Assembly: GCA_951406725.2 (NCBI GenBank)
Contig: OX597814.1
Span: forward strand, 72,664,001-72,728,000
Source of the DNA: Octopus vulgaris
Lineage: Eukaryota
Reading direction: 5' to 3'
Length of the DNA: 64,000 nucleotides
The position numbers and the translations under genes are program-made. Of the stretch, positions 42,548 to 54,155 are shown in pieces. The notes beneath the pieces are model-generated. The model made no database searches, was not told the origin of the DNA, and saw only the letters and a program-made list of their open reading frames with translations. How positions within the stretch are numbered: the stretch's first letter is position 1; every line of letters begins with the position of its first letter.

Positions 42548-45514
42548 TTAGTATGGCACATCATATGTGATGTGATGTGTAAAGTCATGTGGTGTAGTGA
42601 GGAGAAGAGGGGGAGGGGGAGAAGAGGGGGAGAGAAGGCGAGGGGAAGAAGAGGGGGAGGAGAAGGGGGAAGAGGAGAGGATGGGGGAGAAGGAAGGGGA
42701 GGAGGGGGATGAAGGAGGAAAGAGGGAGAGAGGGAGTGAGGGAGCAGAGGGAAGGAGAAGAGGGAGGGAGAAAGAGGGAAGAAGGGAAGGGGAGTAGGGG
42801 TGAAAGGATGAAGGACTGTAGAAGTAGGGGTCGGGGGAGAAAGGATAGGTGAGGAGGGGGGAGAGGGGGTTAGATGAGGAGGGGGGAGAGTTGAGACCAA
42901 ATGGCGTATAAGAGCGAAGAGAGAAGATTAATTCCTGTTCACGGCGCAAACGGGAATCCGGATGGCCTCTGTGTAAGGACAAACCGAACACAGATAGGTG
43001 TTGCAAGGAGTGACCGGTGGAGCGGAAATGGCGTGAGACCGGTGTGTCGTTCGCAAGGTGGATGTCACGAAGGTGTTCCGCGAACCGGTCAGCCAAGCGG
43101 CGTCCCGTTTGTCCGATATACAAGGAATTGCAGAGAGAGCAAGAGATGCCATAGATAATATTGCTGGAGGTGCAGGTGAAGGAGTGGATGATGGGATAGG
43201 GTCGATGGTGGGTGCTAGTGAGGCGGGTGGTGTTGGAGAGGTAAGGGCAAGTGCGGCAACGTGGGCGGGAGCAGGGGAACGAGCCGGGTTGGGAGGTAGG
43301 GTCAGGGAAGGAGCTATGGACCAAAAGGTCTCGAAGGTTGTGGGCTCGTTTGAAAGAGGGGAGGGGTCGGTTAGGGAAGAGGTGTGAAGTGGACGGGTCG
43401 GACTGGAGATGACGGAAAGCTCGAAGAATGGTGCGTTGGAGACGTAGGGTCGTGGGGTGGTAAGTGAGGGGAAAAGGGAGGCGGGAGACTACAGGGCGGG
43501 TTCGGGGAGAGAGAGCAGATACACGGTCCACGGACCGTGCTCTGGCAAGGGCGGTGTGGATAGTGGTGAGGGGGTATCCACGTAGGGTGAAGTGGTGAGC
43601 CATACGTTGAGACTGAGTCTCAAAGTCATGGTCGTCACTACAGAGCCTACGTAGACGGAGGAATTGGGAATAGGGGATGGAAAGCTTGGTGTGTTCTGGG
43701 TGGGAGGAAGAGAAGTTGAGGTATGAGTGTGAGTCTGTGTGTTTGTAGTGAATGGAGGTGGTAAGAGTGGAGTGAAGAATGCTAACCGAAATGTCGAGGA
43801 AGGAGACAGAGGTGTTGGAGATAGTGGAAGTGAAGTGGAGGGCTGGATGGAAAGATTGGACGAAAGAGAGGAAGGAATCTAGATGTTCGCGGGAGAGTGA
43901 GGTGGCACCGATAATGTCGTCAATATAACGACCATATAGTTCAGGAGTGGGACCAGTGAAATTAGAGAATATTTGGGCCTCAACATAGCCAACGAACAGG
44001 TTCGCATAGTTGGGGCCCATTCGCGTTCCCATGGCCACTCCCGAGATCTGATGGTAGAACTCGCCCGCGAACGAGAAGCAGTTCAGAGTAAGGACAAGTT
44101 CGGCCAGACGAATGAGTGTGGAGGTGTCAGGTACAGGGTTAGAGCAGAGGTCAAGAAAGTGTCGAAGGGCCTGCAGTCCTTCGTGGTGAGGGATAACAGT
44201 ATAGAGGCTTTGGATGTCCATAGTAAAAAGGATTTTGGAGGACCCGGGAGGAAAGGAGAAAGAGTTGAAAAGCCGGAGAGCATGGTTGGTATCGTGGATG
44301 TGGGAGGGAAGAGATGCCACTAGGGGGGCAAGGACACGGTCGAGGTATTTAGAGATGAGCTCCGTGGGGCAGTTACAGGCGGAGACGATGGGGCGGCCAG
44401 GGTTGTTGGGTTTGTGGATTTTGGGGAGGAAGTAAATGGTGGGGGTACGTGGGGTTCGCACAATTAGGTTGGATGCGGTGCGGGGGAGACGGGAGGACGA
44501 GATGAGGTCTTGGACAGTAGAGGATACCGTCTGTTGGTAGCTACGTGTGGGGTTAGAGGGCAGAGGGGAATAGAAGGAGGTGTCATTGAGTTGGCGGAAA
44601 GCCTCGGCCCTATAGAGGTCCGCGCGCCACACCACTACAGCTCCACCCTTGTCAGCCGGTTTGATGATAATGTCAGCGCGCCGTTGGAGGGAACGAAGAG
44701 CCAAGAGCTCAGCCGGGGAGATGTTGAGGCGGCGTTGGCGCCTGGAGAAGTTGAACCGCTCCAATGCACGCTGACAAGCGCCCGCGAAAAGATCCACTGC
44801 TAGGATCTGGCCAGGAGCAGGCGTCCACGGGGATGGTCGGCGGCCCAGGCCAGTGAAGCAGTCGTCCTCTTCGTTGGGTGTGGGTGGCGAGTCGTGGTAA
44901 TGCACACCCAACCGGACACGGCGCACAAAGCTGTGGACATCAACTCGCGTCTGGAATTCCTTACAGGATGGAGTGAGGGGGATGAAACGCAGACCCCTAC
45001 CAAGGACGGAGCGTTCAGCCGCAGAGAGGGGAAGATCGGGGGGAATGGTAACAACAGACGGAAGTGGAGAAGGGGTGGGTGGAATAGAAGTAGGAGGGGT
45101 GGTAGGTCTCGTGGAGGTCTGAGGGGGAGGGATTGGGGAGGTGTGTGGGGGGTGGTTGGGCGGGGCAGTAGGGTTAGGTGTAGGTGGATGGAGCCTAACG
45201 GGAGGGGAGAAGGGGTTGTAGGGAGGGGCAGTGGGGTTAGGTGTGGGTGGATGGAGCCTATCGGGAGGGGAGAAGGGTGGTGGAGGAGTTGGGGTAGTGG
45301 CGTCGGGTAGGGTAGAATGGAAGAGTGATTGGAGTTTACGAAGTTTGGTATCAGAAAGAAATTGATGGAAGAGTTGATTCAAATGGATAATGAAGCGTAG
45401 CGTGTTTGGAGCATAGAGAGGCGGCAGAGAGGAGAAGAAGGTGGAGAAAGCAGGAGGAAGAAGGCGGTTGATGGCATGTAGTTTGGAGAGATTGGAGCGA
45501 ATGGTGGCCCGCAT
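42548..45514 (-). CDS. Penelope-like RT + GIY-YIG endonuclease
   Basis: KPADKGG, LPKIHK..GRPIVS, GVAMGT, RYIDDI, FLDI, CSRPRCRTC, IIY..C..C..YIGQT.R.L..RF.EH. Frame stays open upstream to ~45680 (HVSFLSRC..LIPKGF). Confidence 0.93.
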   Translation of the reverse strand: MRATIRSNLSKLHAINRLLPPAFSTFFSSLPPLYAPNTLRFIIHLNQLFHQFLSDTKLRKLQSLFHSTLPDATTPTPPPPFSPPDRLHPPTPNPTAPPYNPFSPPVRLHPPTPNPTAPPNHPPHTSPIPPPQTSTRPTTPPTSIPPTPSPLPSVVTIPPDLPLSAAERSVLGRGLRFIPLTPSCKEFQTRVDVHSFVRRVRLGVHYHDSPPTPNEEDDCFTGLGRRPSPWTPAPGQILAVDLFAGACQRALERFNFSRRQRRLNISPAELLALRSLQRRADIIIKPADKGGAVVVWRADLYRAEAFRQLNDTSFYSPLPSNPTRSYQQTVSSTVQDLISSSRLPRTASNLIVRTPRTPTIYFLPKIHKPNNPGRPIVSACNCPTELISKYLDRVLAPLVASLPSHIHDTNHALRLFNSFSFPPGSSKILFTMDIQSLYTVIPHHEGLQALRHFLDLCSNPVPDTSTLIRLAELVLTLNCFSFAGEFYHQISGVAMGTRMGPNYANLFVGYVEAQIFSNFTGPTPELYGRYIDDIIGATSLSREHLDSFLSFVQSFHPALHFTSTISNTSVSFLDISVSILHSTLTTSIHYKHTDSHSYLNFSSSHPEHTKLSIPYSQFLRLRRLCSDDHDFETQSQRMAHHFTLRGYPLTTIHTALARARSVDRVSALSPRTRPVVSRLPFPLTYHPTTLRLQRTILRAFRHLQSDPSTSHLFPNRPLPSFKRAHNLRDLLVHSSFPDPTSQPGSFPCSRPRCRTCPYLSNTTRLTSTHHRPYPIIHSFTCTSSNIIYGISCSLCNSLYIGQTGRRLADRFAEHLRDIHLANDTPVSRHFRSTGHSLQHLSVFGLSLHRGHPDSRLRREQELIFSLRSYTPFGLNSPPSSSNPLSPLLTYPFSPDPYFYSPSSFHPYSPSLLPSFSLPLLLPSAPSLPLSLFPPSSPSSPSFSPILSSSPFSSPSSSPRLLSPSSPPPPLLLTTPHDFTHHITYDVPY

Positions 45515-45685
45515 AAGGCGGTAAGATGTGGTGCGGAGTATGGGTAAGATGGAAGAATCCGAGTGGAGAGCAGGGTGGAAGTGGAGGCGGAAACCTTTAG
45601 GGATGAGTCGGTGATGTAGGCAGCGGCTTAGGAAAGAGACATGGCTAGAGAAGCGGGTTTTTTTAAAAAGAAGTAGAGAGATATA

Positions 45686-45761
<76 letters not shown>

Positions 45762-45762
<1 letters not shown>

Positions 45763-46490
45763 GGTGGCTGCCACCTCGTTATCGAGTATGGCCATTGCAC
45801 GAAGCTTAATAAATGTCGTTATCGTGCAATGCCTGTGCAAGAAGATTTTTTTTTAAGTGAGGAAAGGCTATGCACTGAGTCAATCCCACTCACTAAGCAA
45901 CAGCAGCCATAATCCGAAAAGAAGAACAAGTCAACATCATCGGTAACCACTGAGCCGCAGGTTTTATGTCAGAGATATACCAGTTACCTGAGTTACCCTC
46001 TCCTAGGAGTCCTTCACTCTCAATGGTTTAACCTCGCGATCGGGTGTTCAGTCCGATTATTTCTATGTCCCCGCGCATGATACATCCTGAAGACATTTAT
46101 TGGATGCCCGTTGACTCTCAAGAGTTCCTCCACCCTTTGACGGGTTTGGTTTTTCATCCCGCAGGGTATCCAATAAGCACCCTCCTCACCTAACAAAGGC
46201 TAGGAGTCCTTCACTCTCAATGATTTAACCGCGCGATCAGGTATTCAGTCCGATTATTTCTATGTCCCCGCGCATGATGCATCATTAAAACATTTATTGG
46301 ATGGCCGTTGACTCTCAAGAGTTCCTCCGCCCTTTGACGAGTTTGGTTTTTCATCCTGCAGGGTGTCCAATAAACACCCTCCTCACCGAGCAAGCTTGGT
46401 GGGGTTGCTAGTTTAGTCGCCGACGACCCGACCATGCAACAGGTTGTACTGGGTTACATGTTACCAGTAGCACTCGAAAGTGACTTGACA
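45762..46490 (-). mobile_element. RTE-type 5' UTR fragment with ~200-bp tandem duplication
   Basis: 46004-46195 matches 46201-46390. Shares ggcgga..aactc..gagtcaacggccatccaa with the 5' end of the RTE at ~32180-32212 and with 60590-60760. Confidence 0.65.
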
Positions 46491-46559
46491 CAATGTATAT
46501 ATATATATATACATACACACAGCCATCCATCCACACATACATACACACACATATATAAA

Positions 46560-47262
46560 TGGGGTCCGGCCAAAAGCCCCCTTGGAAAACAGCCCTTCAG
46601 GCAAAAGCTCTTCGGACAAAAGCCCCACGGTTATTTGTACATTGAGTAGACTTTACTATTCAATGTACATATTGTCTGAATTCTAACAAAAGGGAAAGCA
46701 TTTACTTCAAGAAATGTGTAGAATCTCAAAAACGATAAGATGTATATTTGAATGACTAGCCTTCGGCGCCATATTCTGTTAGACCATCAACGGCCGGAGA
46801 AAGTTCAAAAGGACAGCTTATTCTCATTAATCTGTAAGTGCTGAGAGAAGAAAACAAAAGACTTAGAATATATATTTTAAAATGCTGATTTTTCTGCGAC
46901 TAAAAATTCTTTCAGCCGGTGCCCCATCATGGTCGCAGTCCAATGACTGAAACAAGCAAAAAAGATTTCTAGAAAATTAAAAAAACCGAGATGGTTATAA
47001 AAAAATTTCAAGAGATTTGGTTGTTATTTCTAGCATGTGGAGATACCTTCTACGCTTAACTTCATGCACTGGTTGAAAATCATTAGAAAAAATTCTGGGG
47101 TCGTTACATTCGATTAAAAATTCTCCAAGGTGGTGCATCAGCATGGCCACAGCCTAATGAAGAAAACAAGTAAAAAGTGAAAAAAAATAATAAAAAATCG
47201 AAAAATATAACCGTGGGGCTTTTGCCCAAGAGGCTTTTATCCTGGGGGGAGGTTGTTCTACA
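46560..47262. mobile_element. Non-autonomous DNA transposon with repeat-rich TIRs
   Basis: caaaagcccc sub-repeats ending caaaagccccacggtta on the left, inverted taaccgtggggcttttg on the right. Contains SINE tail fragments. Confidence 0.55.
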
Positions 47263-47353
47263 CTCATACATACATACATACATACATACATACATACATA
47301 CATACATACATACATACATACATACATACATACATACATACATACATACATAC

Positions 47354-48449
47354 TGATATGGAGGTCAGTTCGGAAAAAAAAAGAGTTCTATGACCCAGTT
47401 TTCGTTGGTTTGTAGTCGGAGAGTCTGGAAAAAAAATTATTGCGCTTTGTTCTGTTATTTTCTGGAGAGATTAATGGGTTTGGAAGAGACCGCTGACCCT
47501 TTTTCGGTCAGGGAAAGTTTAAGAAACCACCCTTTAAAATGCGACGCGCTGGGTTTGTTAGTCAGTTCTGCCTGAGACAGTGAATTGGCAACAGGGCAGT
47601 TCGGCAGTTTGGCCAAAGACAGCAGTGATACGGACGGTCAGCCAAGAATGTGGCGATGGCGAGAGGCAACGACAACGTTGAGAAAGACAGACAGTGAATG
47701 TGAGAGATGACAAGCGAGAGGTAGAGAAAGACAGGCAGATAGCATTGGGGACATGTAGAGCGAAAGAGAGAGATTACGGCGTGAAGGCATTGGCTATTGT
47801 AGTAGAAGCTTGTAACGTTATGTTTTGTTTATTTTTTGATATGAAATGTAAAAGAAAGAATTGTGACGTAAATTGTAATCTGTGATGAAGAGAAAAAAAG
47901 AATTGTTGAACTAAAAAAAAAGAATTGTTGTGTCAAAAAATGAAAGAAGGAAAAGAGGAAGAAAAGAAATGAGATTATAAAGAACATTGTGAATTGTGTT
48001 AAATAGGAAGGAAAAAGAAAGAGAAAGACTTTAATGTTGAACTGTTTCGAACTCTATATTGCGTGGACTGTCTTCGGACTTGGTGTATCGTGCATGCCTT
48101 TGATTGTTTTCGAACGACGTGTTATGTTTAAATGCATTGGTTGTTTTTCTTTTTAATTCTGTTGCATGTTAATTTCTTTAATGTATCTGCTATGTTTCAC
48201 ATTGTATTTGATGTTGTAATAATTGTTATAAACTGTTGTTAAATGTAAGCAAATTGCCTTCCGCCGTCTCTCTATCTCTTCCTGCTGTTGTTGTTGTTAT
48301 CTCCGGTCGCGGTTCGAGTTCGCTGCCATCCCCCACCACCATTTCCTCTCTGTGTGGCGGATTCCCGGTTCGACTGAGCCTGGTCAATCGTCGTCGCTCG
48401 ACTTAGTAGGGTCCCGGGTTCGAGTTTGAGCGACGGCAGGTTCGTAACA
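47354..48449. mobile_element. Solo LTR
   Basis: tgatat...gtaaca termini with 4-bp TSD atac, inserted in a microsatellite. No ORF. Confidence 0.7.
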
Positions 48450-48499
<50 letters not shown>

Positions 48500-48680
48500 C
48501 GATGGGTGAATGAATTATCCTATGTTTACCGTCAACATGGAAAATTCGATGAACCGATACCAGGGTAGCAAATTCACATCAGAAACACGGTTTAAGCGAC
48601 CTATCCAAAGGTAGAAACTCCGGGTTCATGTGCAGAAATTTGTGTGTTATATATGAATAAATAAATAAATAAATAAATAA

Positions 48681-49151
48681 ATGGAATTGAACGAAGATGT
48701 TAATAAAATTCCTTTACTTTCGACATATGTTTCGAAGATAACATGGTTTTATTCCAAAGGAATAAACGGTGTAAGATGCAATCTTCTCATCAGGAAAGAA
48801 AGGGAGCCTCTCTTAACAACAAGACAAAATAATAATTACGATGACTGTCTACATGATAAACAAAACGTTAATAAGATGCAATCTTCTCATCAGGAAAGAA
48901 AGGGAGCCTCTCTCAACAAGACAAAATAATAATTACGATGACTGCCTACATGATAAACAAAACGTTAATGATTAACGTTTTGTTTATCATGTAGGCAGTC
49001 ATCGTAATTATTATTTTGTCTTGTTGTTGAGAGAGGCTCCCTTTCTTTCCTGATGCATCTTACACCGTTTATTCCTTTGGAATAAAACCATGTTGTCTTC
49101 GAAACATATGTCGAAAGTAAAGGAATTTTATTAACATCTTCGTTCAACTCC

Positions 49152-49154
<3 letters not shown>
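48681..49154. repeat. Palindromic pLTR-like insertion centred at ~48970
   Basis: 48971-49154 is an inverted copy of the left arm. The left arm has an internal ~100-bp tandem duplication. Confidence 0.88.
48717..48798 (-). ncRNA. Type I hammerhead ribozyme
   Basis: Minus strand: ctttc-CTGATGA-gaagat...atcttc-GAAA-catatg-TC-gaaag. The inverted copy at 49045-49117 has a core-breaking deletion. Confidence 0.85.
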
Positions 49155-49196
<42 letters not shown>

Positions 49197-49198
<2 letters not shown>

Positions 49199-49604
49199 TG
49201 ACTGTATGGTAAGTAGTTTGCTTACCAATCACATGGTTCCGGGTTCAGTCCCACTGCGTGGCACCTTGGATAGGCATCTTCTACTATAGCTTCGAGTCGA
49301 CCAAAGCCTTGTGAGTGGATTTGGTAGGCGGAAACTGAAAGAAGCCCGTCGTATTTATATGTATGTATGTGTGTATATGTTTGTGTGTTTGTGTTTGTCC
49401 CTCCCCAACATCGCTTGACAACCGATGCTGGTGTGTTTAAGTCCCCGTAACTTAGCGGTTCGGCAAAAGAGACCGATAGAATAAGTACTAGGCTTACAAA
49501 GAATAAGTCCTGGGGGTCGATGTGCTCGACTACAGGCGGTGCTCCAGCATGGCCACAGTCAAATGGCTGAAATAAGTAAAAGTGAGAGAGAAAGAGTAAA
49601 GAGT
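49197..49604 (+). mobile_element. tRNA-derived SINE
   Basis: Homologous to 24328-24703. Confidence 0.9.
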
Positions 49605-49726
49605 ATATATATATATATATATATATATTGATAAAACGGTAAGATAACAAAAGAAAGAAAGAGACCTCAATATTATGTAAATAGAGGAAATTTATCTATA
49701 CAATATGTTACATTACTCGGTAGTCA

Positions 49727-49789
49727 AGATAAAACTCTGAGTTTCAGATGCCGAAGTGGAAATCCACAACACCATCTCTTCGGTTATCT
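49727..49789 (-). ncRNA. Hammerhead-like motif (variant core CCGAAGA)
   Basis: Minus strand: agataa-CCGAAGA-gatg...catct-GAAA-ctcagag-TT-ttatct. Confidence 0.55.
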
Positions 49790-49797
49790 GGCTTCGG

Positions 49798-49845
<48 letters not shown>

Positions 49846-49863
49846 TTTATATAAAGCAAAAAC

Positions 49864-49899
49864 TGTCTGATGAACGGCAACGTGAAACTCAGAGTAACA
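49864..49899 (+). ncRNA. Compact type I hammerhead ribozyme
   Basis: tgt-CTGATGA-acg(gcaa)cgt-GAAA-ctcagag-TA-aca. Confidence 0.8.
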
Positions 49900-50003
49900 A
49901 GTTTTGTAGAATTTTCTGCTGCTTTAAATAAAGCATATTACTCTACCACTGGTATTTGAGTACTCTTTTTTTCCACCTTGTTTCACATTTATGTGTTTAC
50001 TCC

Positions 50004-50071
<68 letters not shown>

Positions 50072-50072
<1 letters not shown>

Positions 50073-51152
50073 CAAATTGAGATAGGGGTTGTGAGTGCAA
50101 CCCACCATGGGATAACATATATCCAATATACTGCTAGTAAAGCACCCAACAAAGTTAATACATAAATGTTAAGAATTGCGATGCAATTAATTCATTTACT
50201 GTATTATATGGGCAAAGGTAAAATGTTTTACATTTTTCATTTTTCATTTTATATGTATCTGCCGATCTATAATGCTTTGCATGGTACTGTATTATTCTTG
50301 TTGTTGTTTTTGCTATTATGTTGCAAACCGCGTGATGCATATATTGTTTTGCTGGTATTAATGTTATTAATAATAATAATAATGATATTAGTAGCAATAG
50401 TGGCAATGGTAATAGTAATGATGGTACTATTAATGGCATTTTGTAACTTAATATAATGAACTCTTCACTTTGTATATCTGCATTTTAATATAGATATGTG
50501 TATGTTTCTATATTGTAATATTCTAATATATTGTTTTGACCAACTGTAACCTTGAATATAGAACATATGTATATATATTGCTGTATATTATTATGTATAT
50601 GCCGATGCATATGAAAGTCTCTTTTTAAATGGCGGTGCCCCAGCATGGCCACAGCACATGAGCTGAAACTGGAAAAATCAAAATCAAAATCATATATGTA
50701 TAGGAGTATGGGTATATGCACTCATATGTATGTGTATATTATATATTATGAGTATGTACCCACTCTTGTATGGGTGTACCTCCTCTGATTTTCATATTTA
50801 ATTTAGTTTGCACTTCATAATCTCTGACGAGGCTTTGGGATATTTTTGTAAGTGTCTCATTTATAACTACATATTAACCTATCACACATGGCTAATATGA
50901 GCATGAGACACCCATATCTGCATGGCTGAAACAGCTGTAAGATTTAGTTTATATTTGTATTTGTATTTATTTATATTCACTTATACATACTGTACTTATT
51001 GTATCATATTACTCATTGATGTACATTGTTTTGTTCTATATTATTATGTTTGACCTTAATGTTCATATGTAGTGGTTTAATAAATTATGTGATTGGGTAT
51101 TATCTGGTAGTTGCTTACTGATTAAGATGTATTTCTCCATTTTCTTATTTTG

Positions 51153-51153
<1 letters not shown>
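50072..51153 (+). mobile_element. Penelope pLTR fragment, second copy of the 32383-33066 family
   Basis: Same start (caaat.gagataggggttgt) and end (gatgtatttctccattttcttat.ttgt). Carries a CR1 tail insertion at ~50628-50692. Confidence 0.72.
50819..50944 (+). ncRNA. Type I hammerhead ribozyme with long stem II
   Basis: aatct-CTGACGA-ggc...gct-GAAA-cagctg-TA-agatt. Confidence 0.78.
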
Positions 51154-51209
<56 letters not shown>

Positions 51210-51396
51210 GTATAAAAAGGAAAGTCTCTGAAACCTCTCTCACTTATATTTTCAAATAACCGTTACAGCCTTTAGTTTTAGTTAATACCTAACTGCACTC
51301 ACATTTTTTTCTCATAAGGATAAATATGAATCTCCTAGATCCTATTCTGGTATTTCCTTTCTCAAGTCCTTTGTAAAAATTTTGTTTATACTTCTG

Positions 51397-51493
51397 GCAC
51401 TGAAGAGTACAGTGATATATAATTAATTTAATTTAATTTAATTAATTCTATTCAACCATGATTTTAATATCACTGTACGAAACGATCGTCTGC
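51397..51493 (+). ncRNA. Type I hammerhead ribozyme with 12-bp stem II
   Basis: gca-CTGAAGA-gtacagtgatat...atatcactgtac-GAAA-cgatcg-TC-tgc. Confidence 0.82.
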
Positions 51494-51606
51494 ATGAATT
51501 AAAATTCTATTATATATTTTAACAAATTTTCTCCATTTTTAACAAAATTGTTGAGTTTTATAGTATTTCTTTCCATAAATTCACAGTACACCATATATAT
51601 AATACA

Positions 51607-51638
<32 letters not shown>

Positions 51639-52028
51639 CACACACACGCACGCACACACGCATACACACAGACATGTATATTCCACACGTTCATAGGTGC
51701 ATATCTTCGTACATGTATACATATAAAAATATTGTATAGTAACACTATACACGCGCGTGCGCGTAAACCCACTCTCATATATTCTTTCACAACGATACGC
51801 TAAACTTCATTTTTGAAGATTTTCAAAGGTCGGGTTAGGAAGAATAAGATAATAGAAGTTATACAACAATAACTGGTGGGTGGAGCGACAGAAAATAAGT
51901 TTTATTTCTTTCATTTCTTTCCCCTTTAATGTTCACCTTTTATGACCTAGCTGTTGAGTCACGAGATAGGTGCAACTACCTAGCAGGAAAAAAAAAACAC
52001 CTCCTTACAAGCACCTACACACACACGC

Positions 52029-52071
<43 letters not shown>

Positions 52072-52507
52072 ACTGTCGTCGCCATGACAAACAAGCAAAT
52101 ATCTTTATTTATTTATTTTTTAGCTGCTTATCTCCCGCGCAAATATCCGTAGTCTGTGCAGTCCAGTAGTTAAGAGTGATGAGTAAATTAGAGGGTTGAG
52201 GAAATTAAAATAGAATAGAGGTTGTAAGGTTGGTTCTAGGGTGGGTAGGACTCATATGTTTACCTTTGATGGTGGTGTGTATCGTTAATAAAGGCAGTTG
52301 ACAAAGTGGGGATAGTGATTATAAAGATTTTATGATGTGAATGGGTGTTGTTGCTGCTGCTGTTGTTATTTAGTTGCAGGTCAGTTTTCGTTTGGAAGAC
52401 CTATGATCAAAGCCCTTCCAGCCGTGACCATCCGCCTTTACAGAAGTAAGTGCTAATTTATATGACGCAGTACCGCAGTATCTGTAGCCAACGCTATAAT
52501 GACTTGA

Positions 52508-52650
52508 TTTGGGTTAGGGTTAGAATCAGGATTAGGGTTCCGGTTAGGGTTATGGAATAGGGCGAGAGTTAGGGTTAGGGTTAGAGTTAGGATTTGGGTT
52601 TAGGGTTAGGATTAAGGATTAGAGTTTGAATTTAGGGTTAGGGTTAGAGC
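52508..52650 (+). repeat. Degenerate (TTAGGG)n interstitial telomere-like repeat
   Basis: About 20 perfect or variant ttaggg units. Confidence 0.8.
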
Positions 52651-52914
52651 TAGACTGCACGCTAAAACATAAATAGCCATGTAGACTGCACTCTAAAGTG
52701 GCACCGAGAAATATGTCTATGACTATATTAACAAATGTATCCTTTCTTTCCAAAGACATAAGAGTTATACCGCGCACAATAAGCTTAGGGGAAGATTTTG
52801 CTATTTCTAACAGCTCGAGTTCGGGGTAAGTGATGAGATGATTTTAGTGGTGCAAATAGTAATGGTGATTACGATAATTATTGTAATGAAGGTGATGGTA
52901 ATTATCACAATTGG

Positions 52915-52939
52915 GATGATGATGATGATGATGATGATG

Positions 52940-52976
<37 letters not shown>

Positions 52977-53072
52977 CCATCATCAACATCACCATCATCA
53001 TCATCATCAACATCACCATCATCATCATCATCATCATCATAATGGTGGTGGTGGTGGTGGTGGTGGTGGTAT
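52915..53072. repeat. (GAT)n-(CAT)n-(GGT)n trinucleotide tract
   Basis: Seen directly. The GAT and CAT runs are head-to-head and can fold back. Confidence 0.9.
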
Positions 53073-53353
53073 TGACAACAACGGTGAAAGTGAAAATTAT
53101 GCCGAACAAAAATTATTGCTTTGAAAGACTATATATTTTTCTTTCTTTTTTTTTCTTACAAGTTACTCGTCAGGTTTGACAAGTGTTTAAAGTATTGTGT
53201 TCAATCAAAACTCGAAACAAGTAGATTGGTTGTAGTGTTTCCCCTCCTAATTCTACCATGCTTTCTGTAATGAATGTTGAGCGGAAGTAACATTGCAGCT
53301 AGTAGCTTCCTGTATCGCTATAGCAACATCTTTACTTAGGCAAATTGCAGTGT

Positions 53354-54152
53354 ACTAGCAGTATAGCCCGGCGTTGCCCGGGATTAAGTTTATTAAGTTT
53401 AAGCTAATCAAGCGCTTTGTTTCAAACCAATGTAACGCTGACGTCAAATATGAGCGAAATCCGTTGAAATTGGTAAACGTTTGGCTGAAAATAGGTTGCA
53501 GGCAATTTGAATAAGAAATCCCATAAGGAATCGGTTTATCGATTTTTCCACTCATCGATTGTTTTTTTTTTTTTGTTTTTTTTTTTTTGAGAACTTAAAG
53601 CATGCAAAGATCCTATGAGTCCTAAGTAATGCCGACATCAAGTTTGAACAAAATACGTCAAAATTGGTAAAAGTTATGGTTGAAAATGGGGTGTAGCCAA
53701 TTTTATATTTATACTTTTAAAGCTGATTTTCACACCCAACCCAGTTCTGCAGAATCAGTGTCGCGACGGGAACGCATGAGTTGGGAGTTTGACCGGCAGA
53801 GGTGATTAGTTTGCACATGCGGACCCTTTCGACACCCCCCAATCATCTAACCACCCTTGGCTCATGGGTTGGGAGCCCTTCCGGCAAGGAAAATAGAACG
53901 TCCAAAAGGCTCCCGATCTTCTGTGTCAGAAAAGGTTATGTTCGGATCACAATTAAGCCTTAAACTAAGCCTAAGCTAACCTAACAAAATGGGGCTCGGG
54001 AGCCTCTAAAAGGCTGCGACTAATCCCGATCTAGTCCCAACCCTTCCTAGAAGTACTATCGGTCAAGGTTGCATCGAAGATATGCATTGGAGAAGATTGC
54101 CTCGGAGATCTGCATTGGAGAAGGTTGCATCGAAGGTTTGCACGCTATTTTA
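53354..54152 (+). mobile_element. Helentron/Helitron-associated non-autonomous element
   Basis: Starts actagcagtatagcccggcgttgcccggg, a typical terminal hairpin. Internal short repeats. Right boundary uncertain. Confidence 0.5.
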
Positions 54153-54155
54153 TAT

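Larger units (their letters stand above)
41914..45680 (-). mobile_element. Penelope-like element (Neptune-like), nearly full length
   Basis: Long RT + GIY-YIG ORF, 3' UTR with a minimal hammerhead, (TA)n at both ends. Confidence 0.93.

Noticed and set aside
48497-48595. Minus-strand CTGATGT...catcGAAA
   Set aside because: Core mismatch, and the sequence runs into (TA)n before stem III or stem I; cannot be called a hammerhead.
52807-53179. Poly-Met/Ile/Thr ORFs
   Set aside because: Translations of trinucleotide microsatellites.
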